Positions 18,448 through 29,373 of a DNA stretch of 64,000 nucleotides are shown here, one piece after another (position 1 is the stretch's first letter; each line of letters begins with the position of its first letter). The translations under genes were made by a program, and so were the position numbers. The stretch covers positions 192,001-256,000 of the forward strand of contig CAXXGO010000003.1 of NCBI GenBank assembly GCA_963666835.2. The letters are read 5' to 3'. Below the pieces are notes generated by a model. It was not told where the DNA came from and ran no database searches. It saw only the letters and a program-made list of their open reading frames with translations. This DNA comes from Phycisphaerae bacterium (lineage in GTDB: Bacteria > Planctomycetota > Phycisphaerae > UBA1845).

Positions 18448-20238
18448 ATGAACACGAGCTCTCGAAGACTATGGATGTTGGTGGTCGCGGCGGCGCTGGT
18501 TGTTTCGGGTCACTCTTGGGAGGTTTGCGGTCAGGAATTGCGGTACCAGCCGGTCAGCACGACGGGGGCCGGTACGATCATCGACAATTCGGCAACGGAG
18601 GGCGTGCCGTCGGAGATCATCCTAGAGGCCCCAGGTTGCCAGGTGACTTTCGAACTGAAGGTCCGTGGCTGGGGCTTGGCGCCGGGTAGCCCGCTTCTGG
18701 GGGCGTATCAGGCCACGTCGGACAACCCGGCCTCGTACGAGAACGGGATTGGTGAGCCGCTGAGTACGTGGGATTGGCCCGCGATTGACGGTTGCTTCAT
18801 CGATTATACCCGCCCGGACTACGTGTACGCCGGGTTAACGCCCCTGACGGGGCCGTGGGATGATTGTGAGCTAGGCAGCACCTGTATGGGCGCTTTCCCG
18901 ACGGATCCCGGCACGACTTTGTACGGCGGTACGTACATCGTGGATGTGCCGATCGGGGCGAAGGGCACGTACGAAATCCAGATGATGGCGGACACGGCCA
19001 GGACGTTCATGAACGACGACATTGCGCAGCTCATCCCGGGCCTGGTCCGCACCTCGGCCTTGTTGACTGTCGTTACAGGCCGGTGCTGCTACGACACCGG
19101 CAGCGGGGGCGGTTGTGCCGACGGCGTCATAGAGACGGAGTGTGCCGCGCTGGCAGAGGGCGGCATGTATGCATTCTATACCGATGGAACCACCTGCGCG
19201 ACGCATTCGTGCGAGCCCTGCACGACCTGCAACGACTGGAACGCCTGCACGGACGACTGGTGCAACCCGGAGACGGGTTGGTGTCACTTCGATCCAACTT
19301 ACGAGGTCGGTACGGAGTGCTGCGATCCGGATAACGGCACGGTGACTCTAATAGATGACGGTATCGAGTGTACGGACGATGTCTGCGATCCGTTGACCGG
19401 AGTTGTTACGCATAACGCGCGCATGTTGGGGGCGTATTGCGATGACGGCAACCCGTGCACCGTTGACGACGAGTGCGACGGTACGGCCACGGGCGGGGCG
19501 TGCGCGGGCGGGCTCCCGGCGGACGAAATGATCGCCTGCCCCGGAGGCGACGTCGATTGCCCGGACGATTGGATATGCGAGTTGGACCCGGCGGAGATGA
19601 TGTACGGGTATTGCGTGTGCTCCTTTGAGGTCGAGGCCCCGGTGGCGGCCGGGGCGCCGGACGACGTGCCCACCAATCGCTATGTGTCTTTCGTTCCCCA
19701 GAACGCCGGTACGCCGGTGGCCTTCGAGGTTGTGCTGACTTCCAGCGAGCTGTTCCCTGATTCGGTCGGCGCGGTCGGCTGGGCCGGTGCGCCGGTAGAG
19801 ACGGAGTCCGGGGACTTCGCGTCTTCGGTAGTGAGTTATCCGGTAGTGCGGCTCTGGCCGGAGGGCGTGATCCAGCTTCGCGGCTGTATGATCGTGCCGG
19901 GCTCCGCTTACGACGTTCGGGCAACGCTCGCAGGTGCGGGGACGAGCGATTCCATTGAACTGACGTCGACGGCGATACCGGCACCGAAGTACTGGTGTGA
20001 CGTTGTGGGCTCGTTTACCGGCGGGTCGTGGTCGGCTCCGAACGGGATCGTGAGCATGGACGACGTCATGGCGGCCGTACAGGTCTTCCAGCGAAACCCG
20101 AGTGCCCCACGTTGGAGCTGGTCGGACGTCGACCCCGAGGTTCCCAACGCGGTGGTCAACATGACGGACATCATGCGAATCGGTCAAGGCTTCCGGGGGC
20201 TGGCGTATCCGTTCAGCGCCCCGGCGGATTGCCCGTAG
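18448..20238 (+). CDS. Secreted Cys-rich protein with C-terminal dockerin/EF-hand-like module
   Basis: GGAGG RBS and signal peptide; C(N/D)DxxxCTxDxC repeats; C-terminal DVVG...PNGIVSMDDVMAAV...DVDPEVPNAVVNMTDI...YPFSAPADCP. Confidence 0.8.
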   Translation: MNTSSRRLWMLVVAAALVVSGHSWEVCGQELRYQPVSTTGAGTIIDNSATEGVPSEIILEAPGCQVTFELKVRGWGLAPGSPLLGAYQATSDNPASYENGIGEPLSTWDWPAIDGCFIDYTRPDYVYAGLTPLTGPWDDCELGSTCMGAFPTDPGTTLYGGTYIVDVPIGAKGTYEIQMMADTARTFMNDDIAQLIPGLVRTSALLTVVTGRCCYDTGSGGGCADGVIETECAALAEGGMYAFYTDGTTCATHSCEPCTTCNDWNACTDDWCNPETGWCHFDPTYEVGTECCDPDNGTVTLIDDGIECTDDVCDPLTGVVTHNARMLGAYCDDGNPCTVDDECDGTATGGACAGGLPADEMIACPGGDVDCPDDWICELDPAEMMYGYCVCSFEVEAPVAAGAPDDVPTNRYVSFVPQNAGTPVAFEVVLTSSELFPDSVGAVGWAGAPVETESGDFASSVVSYPVVRLWPEGVIQLRGCMIVPGSAYDVRATLAGAGTSDSIELTSTAIPAPKYWCDVVGSFTGGSWSAPNGIVSMDDVMAAVQVFQRNPSAPRWSWSDVDPEVPNAVVNMTDIMRIGQGFRGLAYPFSAPADCP

Positions 20239-20247
20239 GGGCAAGCC

Positions 20248-20495
20248 GGGTGGCCCATGGCTTCAGCCGTGGGGAAGAAGGACTCGACGGTGGGTGGCAT
20301 GGGCCAACTTGTTGGCCCGTGGAGTGTCATTGTATGGTCACTTGCGTCACGAAGTTCGGATCATCGGCCGGGTGGCCCATGGCTTTAGCCGTGGGGGACA
20401 GGCAATCTGTTGGTCGGTGGAGTGCCATTGTATGGACACTGACGTCTTGGAGTCCGGATCATCGGGTCCCCCACCTCTAAAGAGGCGGGCCACCC
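20248..20495. repeat. REP/REPIN cluster
   Basis: 20370-20495 is a direct copy of 17822-17947 (about 112/126 identical by manual alignment); further partial copies from 20248. Confidence 0.85.
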
Positions 20496-20809
20496 GAATG
20501 GCACTGCCGTCCGGAAGGTCCGCTCTGGCTGGCACTTAGGTTTTTCGCTCCGTTGCGCGTAGGTTGTTTCTTGGTTCATGCAAGTATGGGTAGCGGTCCT
20601 TGCATCGTTTGATGGCTCTCGGCTCGGTCCTTCCGGGACGGGTTGTTTCTGACGTTCGCACAAATGCGCATAACCTACTGTAGCGCCACCCCTTGTGGGT
20701 GACGCCATTGAAGACCTGCGTGCTTACACGCCACGGACAAGCCCTGGTGCTACATTGGTCTACGGCCATATCTTCGTTTACGTGAACAATCCGGGATCGT
20801 TGGATTGGC

Positions 20810-21355
20810 TCAACGCACGAATTTGGCGATCAGTTTGCCCAACGGGGCGATACCGCGTCGGCCGGCCTTGGCTACCGAGTTAAAAAGCGTGTTCATCACG
20901 TCGCAGAACTCATAGATGTCGCGGAAACGCTTGCGATACGTGGCCACTTCCTCTGGTGCAGGGGCATCGCTGGTGGCTCGGGCATCGTCCAGCATCTCTA
21001 AGCAGCGCTCGAGCGTCTCCATAATAGGGAGGACCTCACGTCGGCGCCGTTCACGAGTTATGGTCTCGAACATCTGCCAGACGTCCGTTTCCGCTTCGAA
21101 ATACTCCTTCCGATCACCGCGTTGATGCACCCGTTGGATTAGGCCCCAGTTGACCAGCTCGCGGAGGTTCATGCTGGCGCTGCCGCGCGAGACGGCCAAG
21201 TGATCCATGATATCGTCTGTGCATAACGGTTTAGTGGCCAGGTAGAGCAGGGCGTGGATCTCCGCCATCGTCCGACTGATGCCCCAAGTTGCCCCCATCT
21301 CTCCCCAACGACGAATGAACAGGCTCCGGGCCTGCTCGATCGGCATCGGCTCCAT
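20810..21355 (-). CDS. GbsR/MarR-family transcriptional regulator
   Basis: FIRRWGEMGATWGISRTMAEIHALLY...SRGSASMNLRELVNWGLI...RKEYFEAE. Confidence 0.88.
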   Translation of the reverse strand: MEPMPIEQARSLFIRRWGEMGATWGISRTMAEIHALLYLATKPLCTDDIMDHLAVSRGSASMNLRELVNWGLIQRVHQRGDRKEYFEAETDVWQMFETITRERRRREVLPIMETLERCLEMLDDARATSDAPAPEEVATYRKRFRDIYEFCDVMNTLFNSVAKAGRRGIAPLGKLIAKFVR

Positions 21356-22474
21356 ACCGGATCTCCTTCAATGCTTTCTGAAAACAATCGTACTCTGGAG
21401 TGCGGCCACTGGCAAACGGGATAGGTGGGGCTTGGGTGTTGCAGGCTGAACGATAGGTCCATAATCATCGCCGTCGACGAGATGCCCCGTAAAGGGCTCC
21501 CGTCGACGGCGACGTCAGGAGGATGGAAGCGAGGTTCATATCTTCGCGAGCGCCGGCAGCTCAGGTTCGGTCGAGTCCGCTTGCCCCCATTCGCCAAGCG
21601 GCTACGCCAATTGCCCGGCTTGCCTGTGCCGGAACTCGCGCTGTTTTCTCCAAGAAGGCCCTGTTGTTTGTCCGGTATCGCGACAATCGCCACCGGGCCA
21701 CAACGGCCATAGTCTCAAAACGAGAGACGAGTGAGCACCACCCAACACGCAAACACTGCAGGAACGCGGCTAACGCCAAAAACCCCCAAGGCCGAAGCCA
21801 ACCGTTGTCTCCATCAACGCGGGCCAGTTGCAGTTGGTACCCTTGCCAGTGGACCCATGGTCGGTTCGCTAGTACTCCCCTACAGGATGACGCTCACTCG
21901 ACTCACCGGGGCAAAGCTGCGTCCTCAGCAATAACCCCAGCGCGCCACGCTCCTAGTTCTTCAACAAACCACATCAGCGTCAGGATCGCCCAACACTGCA
22001 TAACGCGATTCCCGCGAGAACTACCGCCGAAAACTGGGCAGAACACCGCGCAAAACGGCCTACAGCGGGAAAGCAAGTGTGAGTAGAACTGCGCAGCGGA
22101 GAAAAAACACGCAAAGCACAAAACCGAGCGCAAAAACGACTACACACCGCGGGTATGCGGAAAACAGGAGGCTTTGATGCCGGAGGCGATTGTTATGAGC
22201 AGAAGGATTGCAGAACTAGCTTAAGTATATACTCGGGTATAATTATAAGTCGAGTGTATGTATGCTATAGTATTCCGCTCACCAAAAACGCCCTGCTAAC
22301 GCTTACCTTCCCTACAAACCAACTGAAGTCTACAGGCGTTAGCCGATAAAGTCAACCATATTTCTGAGTTTTTTTCGGCCGGAGAAAACCGGATTGCACG
22401 GGGGTGAGCTGAGAGCCCCTGCGCAAGGACTACCGACCTAACGTGGCTGCGGAACCTGCGAATATCGGACAGGA

Positions 22475-22909
22475 CTACCGGCGACCACCGCTGGAGCTAG
22501 TGGAATCGTCCGTTGAACTTGAGTCGTCCGAATCGGATTGAGTGTTCGATGAATCGCTCGAATCGTCGCCCAACTGGGCCAGCCAGAGATCTTCGAAGAG
22601 CACCAGAGTCTGATTGAGCGCCTGGAACACGATCTCCAACGAATCGGCGATAGCCTGGGCGCGGATGGATGTCGGCTGAGAGGTCTCGGTAATCTGGACT
22701 CCGGCGTTGGCTGCATCAGAAAACGCTACGGCCCGGGCGACGCCCGCGGTGACGAGGTCCCCAGGGACGCGAGCCCGCACAGAGCTGCCGCTCGCATTAT
22801 CCAAGGCCGTCTGGCTGTAATCCGGGATCTGCGCGCCGGCTTGGCTTTGCCACCCAAGACCAGCTATGAGCCCCAGCAAGATGATTCGAGTTGCGTGCGT
22901 CTTCACCAT
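22475..22909 (-). CDS. Secreted hypothetical protein with Ser/Asp-rich tail
   Basis: Signal peptide ...QAGA-QIP; low-complexity DDSSDSS tail; lies downstream of gyrA. Confidence 0.65.
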   Translation of the reverse strand: MVKTHATRIILLGLIAGLGWQSQAGAQIPDYSQTALDNASGSSVRARVPGDLVTAGVARAVAFSDAANAGVQITETSQPTSIRAQAIADSLEIVFQALNQTLVLFEDLWLAQLGDDSSDSSNTQSDSDDSSSTDDSTSSSGGRR

Positions 22910-23141
22910 GATAACACCCCTACAAATCGAGGAAGCTGCCTCTGACCCGACCGGATCCGGTACGCCGCCTCCCCAGGCGACCTTTCAATCCTTGTATATG
23001 CCTATTCTTCGGCAAATGATGCAGCACGGCAAGCGGAAAACCCGTTTAGTGCCCGGCCTTTTCGGGCGTTGAGGCGATATGCCGGTCGGCCTTGCCCAAC
23101 GAAGCTCCCCAGTGGGTATCATCTTCGACCGTCTGGTGCCG

Positions 23142-25745
23142 CTAATCGACATCGTCCGATGTGCCGTCCGGCGGCGTGTCGGAATCGGACACTGGCGGCG
23201 GCTGGACGGTGTTTACCTCGCTGTCTTGGCTCTCCTCACGGGCGACTTTGGCGACGGCGACAACCTTGTCGTTTTCGCTGAGCCGGATCAATCGAACACC
23301 TTGCGTGGCCCGCCCAATCTCGCGAACCGCCGTCAGATCGGTGCGCAGCGACATTCCGTCGGCGGTAATCAGCATCAACTCGTCGTTGGCGGTCACGGCT
23401 TGGATAGCTACTACGTCACCGTTACGTTCGGTGGTTTTGATGTTGATCACCCCTTTGGCACCGCGGCGCGTCTTGCGGTATTCCTCGATTCCGGTTCGCT
23501 TGCCGTAGCCGTTCTCGCACACGGTCAGCAATGAGGCATCCGGATCCAAGGCGACCATCGAGACCACCTCGTCGTCCCCGGTGAGCATCATGCCACGGAC
23601 TCCGCGCGCGCTACGCCCCATCGCTCGGGCATCGCTTTCGTGGAACCGGATCGCCATGCCCTTACGGGTCCCCATGACGATCTCGTTCAGGCCGGTAGTA
23701 CGTTCCACATTGATCAGCTCGTCGTCGGCATCGAGAGTAATCGCAATGATCCCGTTTGCCCGTGGCCGGCTGAACGCCGCGATAGGGGTCTTCTTGACCG
23801 TGCCCCGCGCCGTTGCGAATAGCAGATAAGACTCCTCGAACTCCTTAACCGGCAGTACCACCCGGAAGGACTCGCCGGGCTGCATCTGCAGAAGATTAGC
23901 AATCGACCGCCCCCGCGCGGTGCGGCTCTGTGCCGGAACATCGTAGACTCGTACCCAATAGACCCGGCCGCGATTGGTGAAAACCAGCAGATGGTCGTGA
24001 GTCGATACCGCGAACAGCCATTCCAGGAAGTCGCCCTCTTTCGTGGTTCCGCCCCGTACTCCTTTTCCACCGCGGCCCTGTTTGCGGTAGGAATCGACGT
24101 CGGTTCGTTTGATATAGCCACCATGGGAAATGGTCACGATGACCTGTTCATCCGGGATGAGTTCCTCGATGCAAAATTCGCCGACCGCGGCAACGATTTC
24201 GGTCCGTCGCTTCTGCGTGAATCGGCCCTTCATTTCATGGAGGTCCTCTCGAATAATATCGATTAGGAGGCGCTCTTCGCGGAGGATCGCCTCGTATCCC
24301 TCGATTTCCTCAACGAGCTTGCTGTACTCGCCGGCCAGTTTCTCTATTTCAAGGCCGGTGAGACGCTGAAGCTGCATGGCTAGGATGGCGCCGGCTTGCA
24401 CCGCGGTCAGGTGATGATCGCGCGACGAAGACGACTCGACAAACCGCTCGGGGAGCAGGCCACGCAGGGTGGCGTGCTCCATCAGCCGCAATGGCCGCTC
24501 CATCAGCCACGTCTTGGCGGTAGCCGGATCCGGAGCCTTCTTAATCAGTTCAATAATGGCATCAATATCTCCGACGGCCAGAATCAGGCCTTCGAGAACG
24601 TGGGCGCGCTGTTTGGCCCGACGCAGCAGATACGAAGTCCGGCGACGAATGACATCCTTGCGATGGTCGATGTAGCAACCCAGCATCTGCTTGAGCGTCA
24701 GGGTGCGAGGCTGGCGATCAACCAGAGCAATATTGATAATGTGGTAGTTCGTTTGCAGAGGGGTGTACTTAAAGAGTTGATTGATAACAACATCCTCGTT
24801 CGCGTCCTTCCGCAGATCAACCTCGATACGAACGGCGTGCTTGCGGTCGGAGGCGTCGTTGACGCCGGCAACGTCCTTGATCAGTCCGGACTTAACGCCA
24901 TCGGCGATCTTCTCGGTTATGGTGCTCCGCAGCACCCCGTAGGGCAGCTCGTCGATTACGATGGTCTTTCTTCCGCCCCGCCCCTCTTCAACATGGCAGC
25001 GCCCGCGAAGGGTGATGCCACCCCGACCCGTGCTGTACGCATCGTGTATCCCGGTCCGGCCGCAGATCTGCCCGCCGGTGGGGAAGTCCGGCCCCGGCAT
25101 TACCTGCATGAGTTCCGCGAGAGAGACGTTCGGGTTATCCAGGCATGCCAACAAGGCATCGCATACCTCGCCGACGTTGTGCGGGGGGGAGTTCGTGGCC
25201 ATTCCGACCGCGATTCCCGTGGTGCCGTTTACCAACAGGTTCGGGAACTTCCCGGGGAGGACCGTCGGCTCTTCCCGGGAGTTGTCGTAGTTGGGCACGA
25301 AATCCACCGTGTCCAGGTCAATATCGCTCAACAGCTCGGTGGCGGCATGCGTCATTCGGGCTTCGGTGTATCGCATAGCCGCGGGGGGATCGCCGTCGAC
25401 GGAGCCGAAGTTGCCCTGACCGTCGACGAGCGGCTGGCTGAGGTTCCAGTCCTGTGCCATGCGCACCAACGTCGGGTAGATCACCGCGTCGCCGTGCGGG
25501 TGGTAGTTACCGCTGGTATCACCGCTGATCTTTGAGCATTTCTTGGTTTGGGCACGCGGGCCCAAGTTGAGGTCATTCATCGCCACCAGGATGCGACGCT
25601 GTGACGGTTTGAGCCCGTCACGAACGTCCGGGAGGGCGCGCGCCATTATTACGCTCATCGAATACGTGAGGTAAGAATCCTGCATCTCGTGGATGAGCGG
25701 ATGGTCGACGATCTTGTCAGACGACGTTGGAGCTGATTCAGACAT
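23142..25745 (-). CDS. gyrA: DNA gyrase subunit A
   Basis: [27 protein letters not shown], GyrA box QGRGGKG, C-terminal beta-pinwheel repeats. Confidence 0.97.
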   Translation of the reverse strand: MSESAPTSSDKIVDHPLIHEMQDSYLTYSMSVIMARALPDVRDGLKPSQRRILVAMNDLNLGPRAQTKKCSKISGDTSGNYHPHGDAVIYPTLVRMAQDWNLSQPLVDGQGNFGSVDGDPPAAMRYTEARMTHAATELLSDIDLDTVDFVPNYDNSREEPTVLPGKFPNLLVNGTTGIAVGMATNSPPHNVGEVCDALLACLDNPNVSLAELMQVMPGPDFPTGGQICGRTGIHDAYSTGRGGITLRGRCHVEEGRGGRKTIVIDELPYGVLRSTITEKIADGVKSGLIKDVAGVNDASDRKHAVRIEVDLRKDANEDVVINQLFKYTPLQTNYHIINIALVDRQPRTLTLKQMLGCYIDHRKDVIRRRTSYLLRRAKQRAHVLEGLILAVGDIDAIIELIKKAPDPATAKTWLMERPLRLMEHATLRGLLPERFVESSSSRDHHLTAVQAGAILAMQLQRLTGLEIEKLAGEYSKLVEEIEGYEAILREERLLIDIIREDLHEMKGRFTQKRRTEIVAAVGEFCIEELIPDEQVIVTISHGGYIKRTDVDSYRKQGRGGKGVRGGTTKEGDFLEWLFAVSTHDHLLVFTNRGRVYWVRVYDVPAQSRTARGRSIANLLQMQPGESFRVVLPVKEFEESYLLFATARGTVKKTPIAAFSRPRANGIIAITLDADDELINVERTTGLNEIVMGTRKGMAIRFHESDARAMGRSARGVRGMMLTGDDEVVSMVALDPDASLLTVCENGYGKRTGIEEYRKTRRGAKGVINIKTTERNGDVVAIQAVTANDELMLITADGMSLRTDLTAVREIGRATQGVRLIRLSENDKVVAVAKVAREESQDSEVNTVQPPPVSDSDTPPDGTSDDVD

Positions 25746-25986
25746 AAACCCTACTCTCTGGGAAAAAGTCCGGCAGGCCGGGGGAGCTAGTCACCACCTG
25801 CTATTGTACGCATCGTGCCGGACTCGACAACGGATCGCGGGTGCGGATCGAGCTTTGCTGCCCCTGGGCAACGGGGCTTCTGACGGTACGATGTATGTTC
25901 CGGGCTGGGCGATTCGACCGTCGCGGGTGGTACCAGACTGTTGAACGGCCGGCGGTCACTGTCGTAGTGTATCGGGAGCATCATCT

Positions 25987-27195
25987 TTGGGTCGTCGTCC
26001 ACCATCTCCGGAGCCTGTCCTCGTTGAGCGGCAAGAGCAGGTTGAGGCACTCTGTGCGCAGTGCCGCGCGGACGGGGCCTTCGCATTCGATACCGAGTTC
26101 GTCATGGAGGATCGGTACGAGTCGGATATCTGTTTGCTCCAGGTTGCCACGGCGGGGATGATCGCGGTGATCGATCCGTTTCTGGAGGTCGATTTGCGTC
26201 CGGTCTGGAACCTGGTCATCGATGAGGACGTCGAGACCGTCGTACATGCGGGGCAGGAGGATCTGGCTCTGGCGGTCCAGCACACCGGTACGGTGCCTCA
26301 TAACGTGTTCGATGTGCAGATTGCCGCGGGGTTGGTCGGCTGTGATTATCCGATGAGCTTACAGCGTCTCGTGCAGAGCACGATGCACATTCGTCTCCAC
26401 AAATCCAAGACTCTCACGGATTGGCGACGGCGACCCCTGACGCCCGCCCAGATCGACTACGGCGCCGAGGATGTGGTGTATCTGCTCCGAATACGCCGGA
26501 TGTTGGGGGAGAGATTGCAGAGCTTGTCACGGGTTGATTGGGCTCGCGAGGAGTTCCGGCGATTCGAGAACATAACCTTCTACCGTCGGGCCGAGGAAGA
26601 CAAGATTGCCCGCGTTAAGGGGGCGGGTTCCCTTAGCGGGCAACAATTGGCCGTGGCGTACGAACTGCTCCGCTGGCGGGAAGCGTTTGCGCAACGAGTC
26701 AATCGCCCGGCGCGCGTGGTCTTCAAAGACCATCTTCTGGTGGAGATTGCCAAGCATGCAATGGTGGATTTCTCCGAAATCCGTGCCCTTCGGGGCCTGA
26801 CGCTGCCCGATCGGGATGTTCGCGCCCTTTGCCGGATTGTGAAGAGTGCCCTGGAGATCCCCAGCGAACGCTGGCCCACCCCAAAGCCGCGCGAGCACGA
26901 GAGTCCCTCTGAAGTAGCAGTAGTGTCATTGGCATCCGCGGTGGCCCGGAGTTATTGCATGGAGAACGAGCTGGCGTACGGCCTGGTCGCAACGCAGAAG
27001 TCGATTCGCGATCTGGTCCGGCACCGCAGCGGGCAGATCTTGTCCGCTGACGCTGTGGAGCTTCTCAATGGATGGCGCGGCGCTTCTGTCGGGGCAGTAC
27101 TCGATGAAGTCCTCTCCGGCTCCCGGTCCGTCGGCGTAGCGCGCGTTGACGGTGAGATGGCCGTACGCGTCCACGGTCCGACAAACGCCGGTTGA
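25987..27195 (+). CDS. rnd: Ribonuclease D (DEDD exonuclease + HRDC)
   Basis: FAFDTEF, VHAGQEDL, FDVQIAA, TDWRRRPLT, YGAEDV; HRDC region WRE..A..VNRP. Start uncertain. Confidence 0.9.
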   Translation: MGRRPPSPEPVLVERQEQVEALCAQCRADGAFAFDTEFVMEDRYESDICLLQVATAGMIAVIDPFLEVDLRPVWNLVIDEDVETVVHAGQEDLALAVQHTGTVPHNVFDVQIAAGLVGCDYPMSLQRLVQSTMHIRLHKSKTLTDWRRRPLTPAQIDYGAEDVVYLLRIRRMLGERLQSLSRVDWAREEFRRFENITFYRRAEEDKIARVKGAGSLSGQQLAVAYELLRWREAFAQRVNRPARVVFKDHLLVEIAKHAMVDFSEIRALRGLTLPDRDVRALCRIVKSALEIPSERWPTPKPREHESPSEVAVVSLASAVARSYCMENELAYGLVATQKSIRDLVRHRSGQILSADAVELLNGWRGASVGAVLDEVLSGSRSVGVARVDGEMAVRVHGPTNAG

Positions 27196-27223
27196 ATGCG
27201 GGTCTGTGCGCGGTATTCCGACG

Positions 27224-29155
27224 TTACTTGGTGCCGTCTGCCGTTGCGGTTGCCGGCAACGCCTCGTCGGTAGGCGGTCCTTTGAAGGTGACAACTCGCT
27301 CGGTGCGAACCACGCTTCCTTTGATGGTCGTCGCGGTGGATTCGGAGCTGTAGAAGTCCAGCTTCCGCAACACCGGTCCGAGCTTCATCATGGAGGCCAC
27401 CAAACGCTGTACCACCGGCTTGATCTTGGCAGCTTCGGGCTTGTCGTCCGGCAGCCCGGCCGTGAACATCTGGGCGATCATCCCAGCCATTCCCAGCCCC
27501 TTGGCTAATTCCTGCCCAAAGTCTGAGGTGTCGGCAAAGGACAAGGCGTAGACCGGTCCCGCCGGAATGATACCCTCATTGCGAAACTGTGGGTTTTCCA
27601 TGATCGAAGGGGCTTTCCCCGCGGCCACCGCCAAGCACTTATTGATCGCTCCGCCGGTTGCTCCGACGATAAGCCACTCGTCTTTCACGCCGATTACGGG
27701 TCGGCTCGCCATAGCCAGCATCGGGTGGGTTATTTCGCGGAATCCCTCCGCGTCGACTTTGGCGGGCGTGAGCACGAGCATCTGTCCCTTGGCCTGCATC
27801 AGCAGTGAGACGAAATCGAGGGCGGCATTGACCTTACTTGCTGCGAGCGCGCTGTCTTTCACGCGGATCATAATCACGCCGGTGCCCCCGGCGTTCATTG
27901 GTGAAACCATCTCGGCGGGCAGCGTTACTTTGATGATCTCACCGCTCCACCAGGCAAACAGGTCTCGCTGAGGGTCAAAGCCGACGGAGGCCAGCCATGC
28001 CTTCCACTTGTCAGTCAGCTCCGGTCCGCTCGGAACATGGTCGCGAACCAAGTCGAGAACCGTATCGTATAGTTTCTCCAGGTCGACGAAGGTGCTGACG
28101 CTGAAGTCTGTGGCGTCCGCCGGGATGTACCGGTCAAAGCGATCGAAGGGTCGGCGGCTCACGAAGGACTGTACGATGGGGCTTTCGAGCTTGGGCTCTT
28201 GGATGCGTGCCACTGTGTGGATCAGCTCCCTACGTCCGTCCATCTCGGTAGACACGATCGTGTAGTCGAGGAAATCGGTGAGCCCTACAACCGCGTTAAG
28301 CAGCCGCCTGATCTTGGCTTCATCCTCCGGGTCGCCGCCCTTTACCTCGATGACTTTGTTCATCAGCACGCTCACATCCTTGAGCAAATGCTTGACGTCA
28401 AAGAACATCAGAGACGTTTCGGGCGCGTTTATCTCGGCAAGAGCTGCCTGGAACCGTGCGGAGGAGACGATCGACTTAGCCGTTCCTCGGCCGGACATAA
28501 GCCCAAGGACGTCTTTAGCAGTCCCATGGGTCCCCATAAGCACGCCAATGATGTCGTTCTTACGAAAGACTGAGACGCTGATCGGGTATTTTGAGTCTTC
28601 GTCGGACTCTGCGTCTGCCGAAGCAGACCAGACCTTGACTCCGTGAACGGTCCGGCTGGCGACCTCGATCTCGTCGCCCAGTTCGCCCAGCCCCTGGAGG
28701 ATCTCAACCAGATGCCTCATGTTGGACTCGGCGCTTCCGTCGGCCCCGCGGGCGAGGAAGATGTACTCATATCCGGGTAGCCCGTTCCCAATTCGCTCGG
28801 CGAAGACGTACTCCCGAGAGAACAGGTCCTGCCAGTCAACGCCGTTAACCAGCGAAGACAACTTGTCGAGAGATGCTTCAACCTCGGTCCTCTGTTCGTC
28901 GTCCTGGATCATGGACAACACGAGGGAGATCATGTCCCGATCGATACCGCTGGCCTTGAGCGCATCGAACACGTCGGCGGTTTGGGCGTCTACCCATTCC
29001 CGCTCAGGATTCTGGACGGTGTTGATAAACAGCCACGCATTGTCGGGGACGAATCGCCCGAGCGTAAACTGCTTAGGTAATTCTCCGGCTAGCGTCGTCG
29101 CGGAGATGAGCCCTCCGGCGATTACTGCCGTCAGTTTGGTGGTGAAACGCATCAC
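27224..29155 (-). CDS. Secreted/periplasmic hypothetical protein (DUF3352-like character)
   Basis: Long ORF with GGAG RBS and signal peptide; RFVPDNA and RYIPADA segments suggest an internal duplication. Confidence 0.7.
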   Translation of the reverse strand: MMRFTTKLTAVIAGGLISATTLAGELPKQFTLGRFVPDNAWLFINTVQNPEREWVDAQTADVFDALKASGIDRDMISLVLSMIQDDEQRTEVEASLDKLSSLVNGVDWQDLFSREYVFAERIGNGLPGYEYIFLARGADGSAESNMRHLVEILQGLGELGDEIEVASRTVHGVKVWSASADAESDEDSKYPISVSVFRKNDIIGVLMGTHGTAKDVLGLMSGRGTAKSIVSSARFQAALAEINAPETSLMFFDVKHLLKDVSVLMNKVIEVKGGDPEDEAKIRRLLNAVVGLTDFLDYTIVSTEMDGRRELIHTVARIQEPKLESPIVQSFVSRRPFDRFDRYIPADATDFSVSTFVDLEKLYDTVLDLVRDHVPSGPELTDKWKAWLASVGFDPQRDLFAWWSGEIIKVTLPAEMVSPMNAGGTGVIMIRVKDSALAASKVNAALDFVSLLMQAKGQMLVLTPAKVDAEGFREITHPMLAMASRPVIGVKDEWLIVGATGGAINKCLAVAAGKAPSIMENPQFRNEGIIPAGPVYALSFADTSDFGQELAKGLGMAGMIAQMFTAGLPDDKPEAAKIKPVVQRLVASMMKLGPVLRKLDFYSSESTATTIKGSVVRTERVVTFKGPPTDEALPATATADGTK

Positions 29156-29373
29156 TTCGCTCCCTAGGGGTCACGGGCGCCGATCGCTCCGGGTGCCCAG
29201 CCCGGATCCACGCCGCCTCCGCTCCGGTGTGCCCGCACCGGAGTGCCTGATCTCGTGTCTATTACTTAAGCATACTTGTCTCGTCGTTATTAGACCAGCG
29301 CGAGTGTGTCTTTAGTTGTGCGAACAAGTCGCTGGCAGCGGTTATAGGCAGCACCAAAGGTGCGAATTAGTAC

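Noticed and set aside
21903..22133. 76-aa Cys/Phe-rich minus-strand ORF
   Set aside because: TTG start without a clear RBS; composition is explained by local T/G strand bias.
22227..22259. dif site or replication origin
   Set aside because: Lacks the 11-6-11 XerC/XerD layout with a TTATGTTAAAT-like arm, and no DnaA-box cluster was seen; kept only as an unexplained palindrome.
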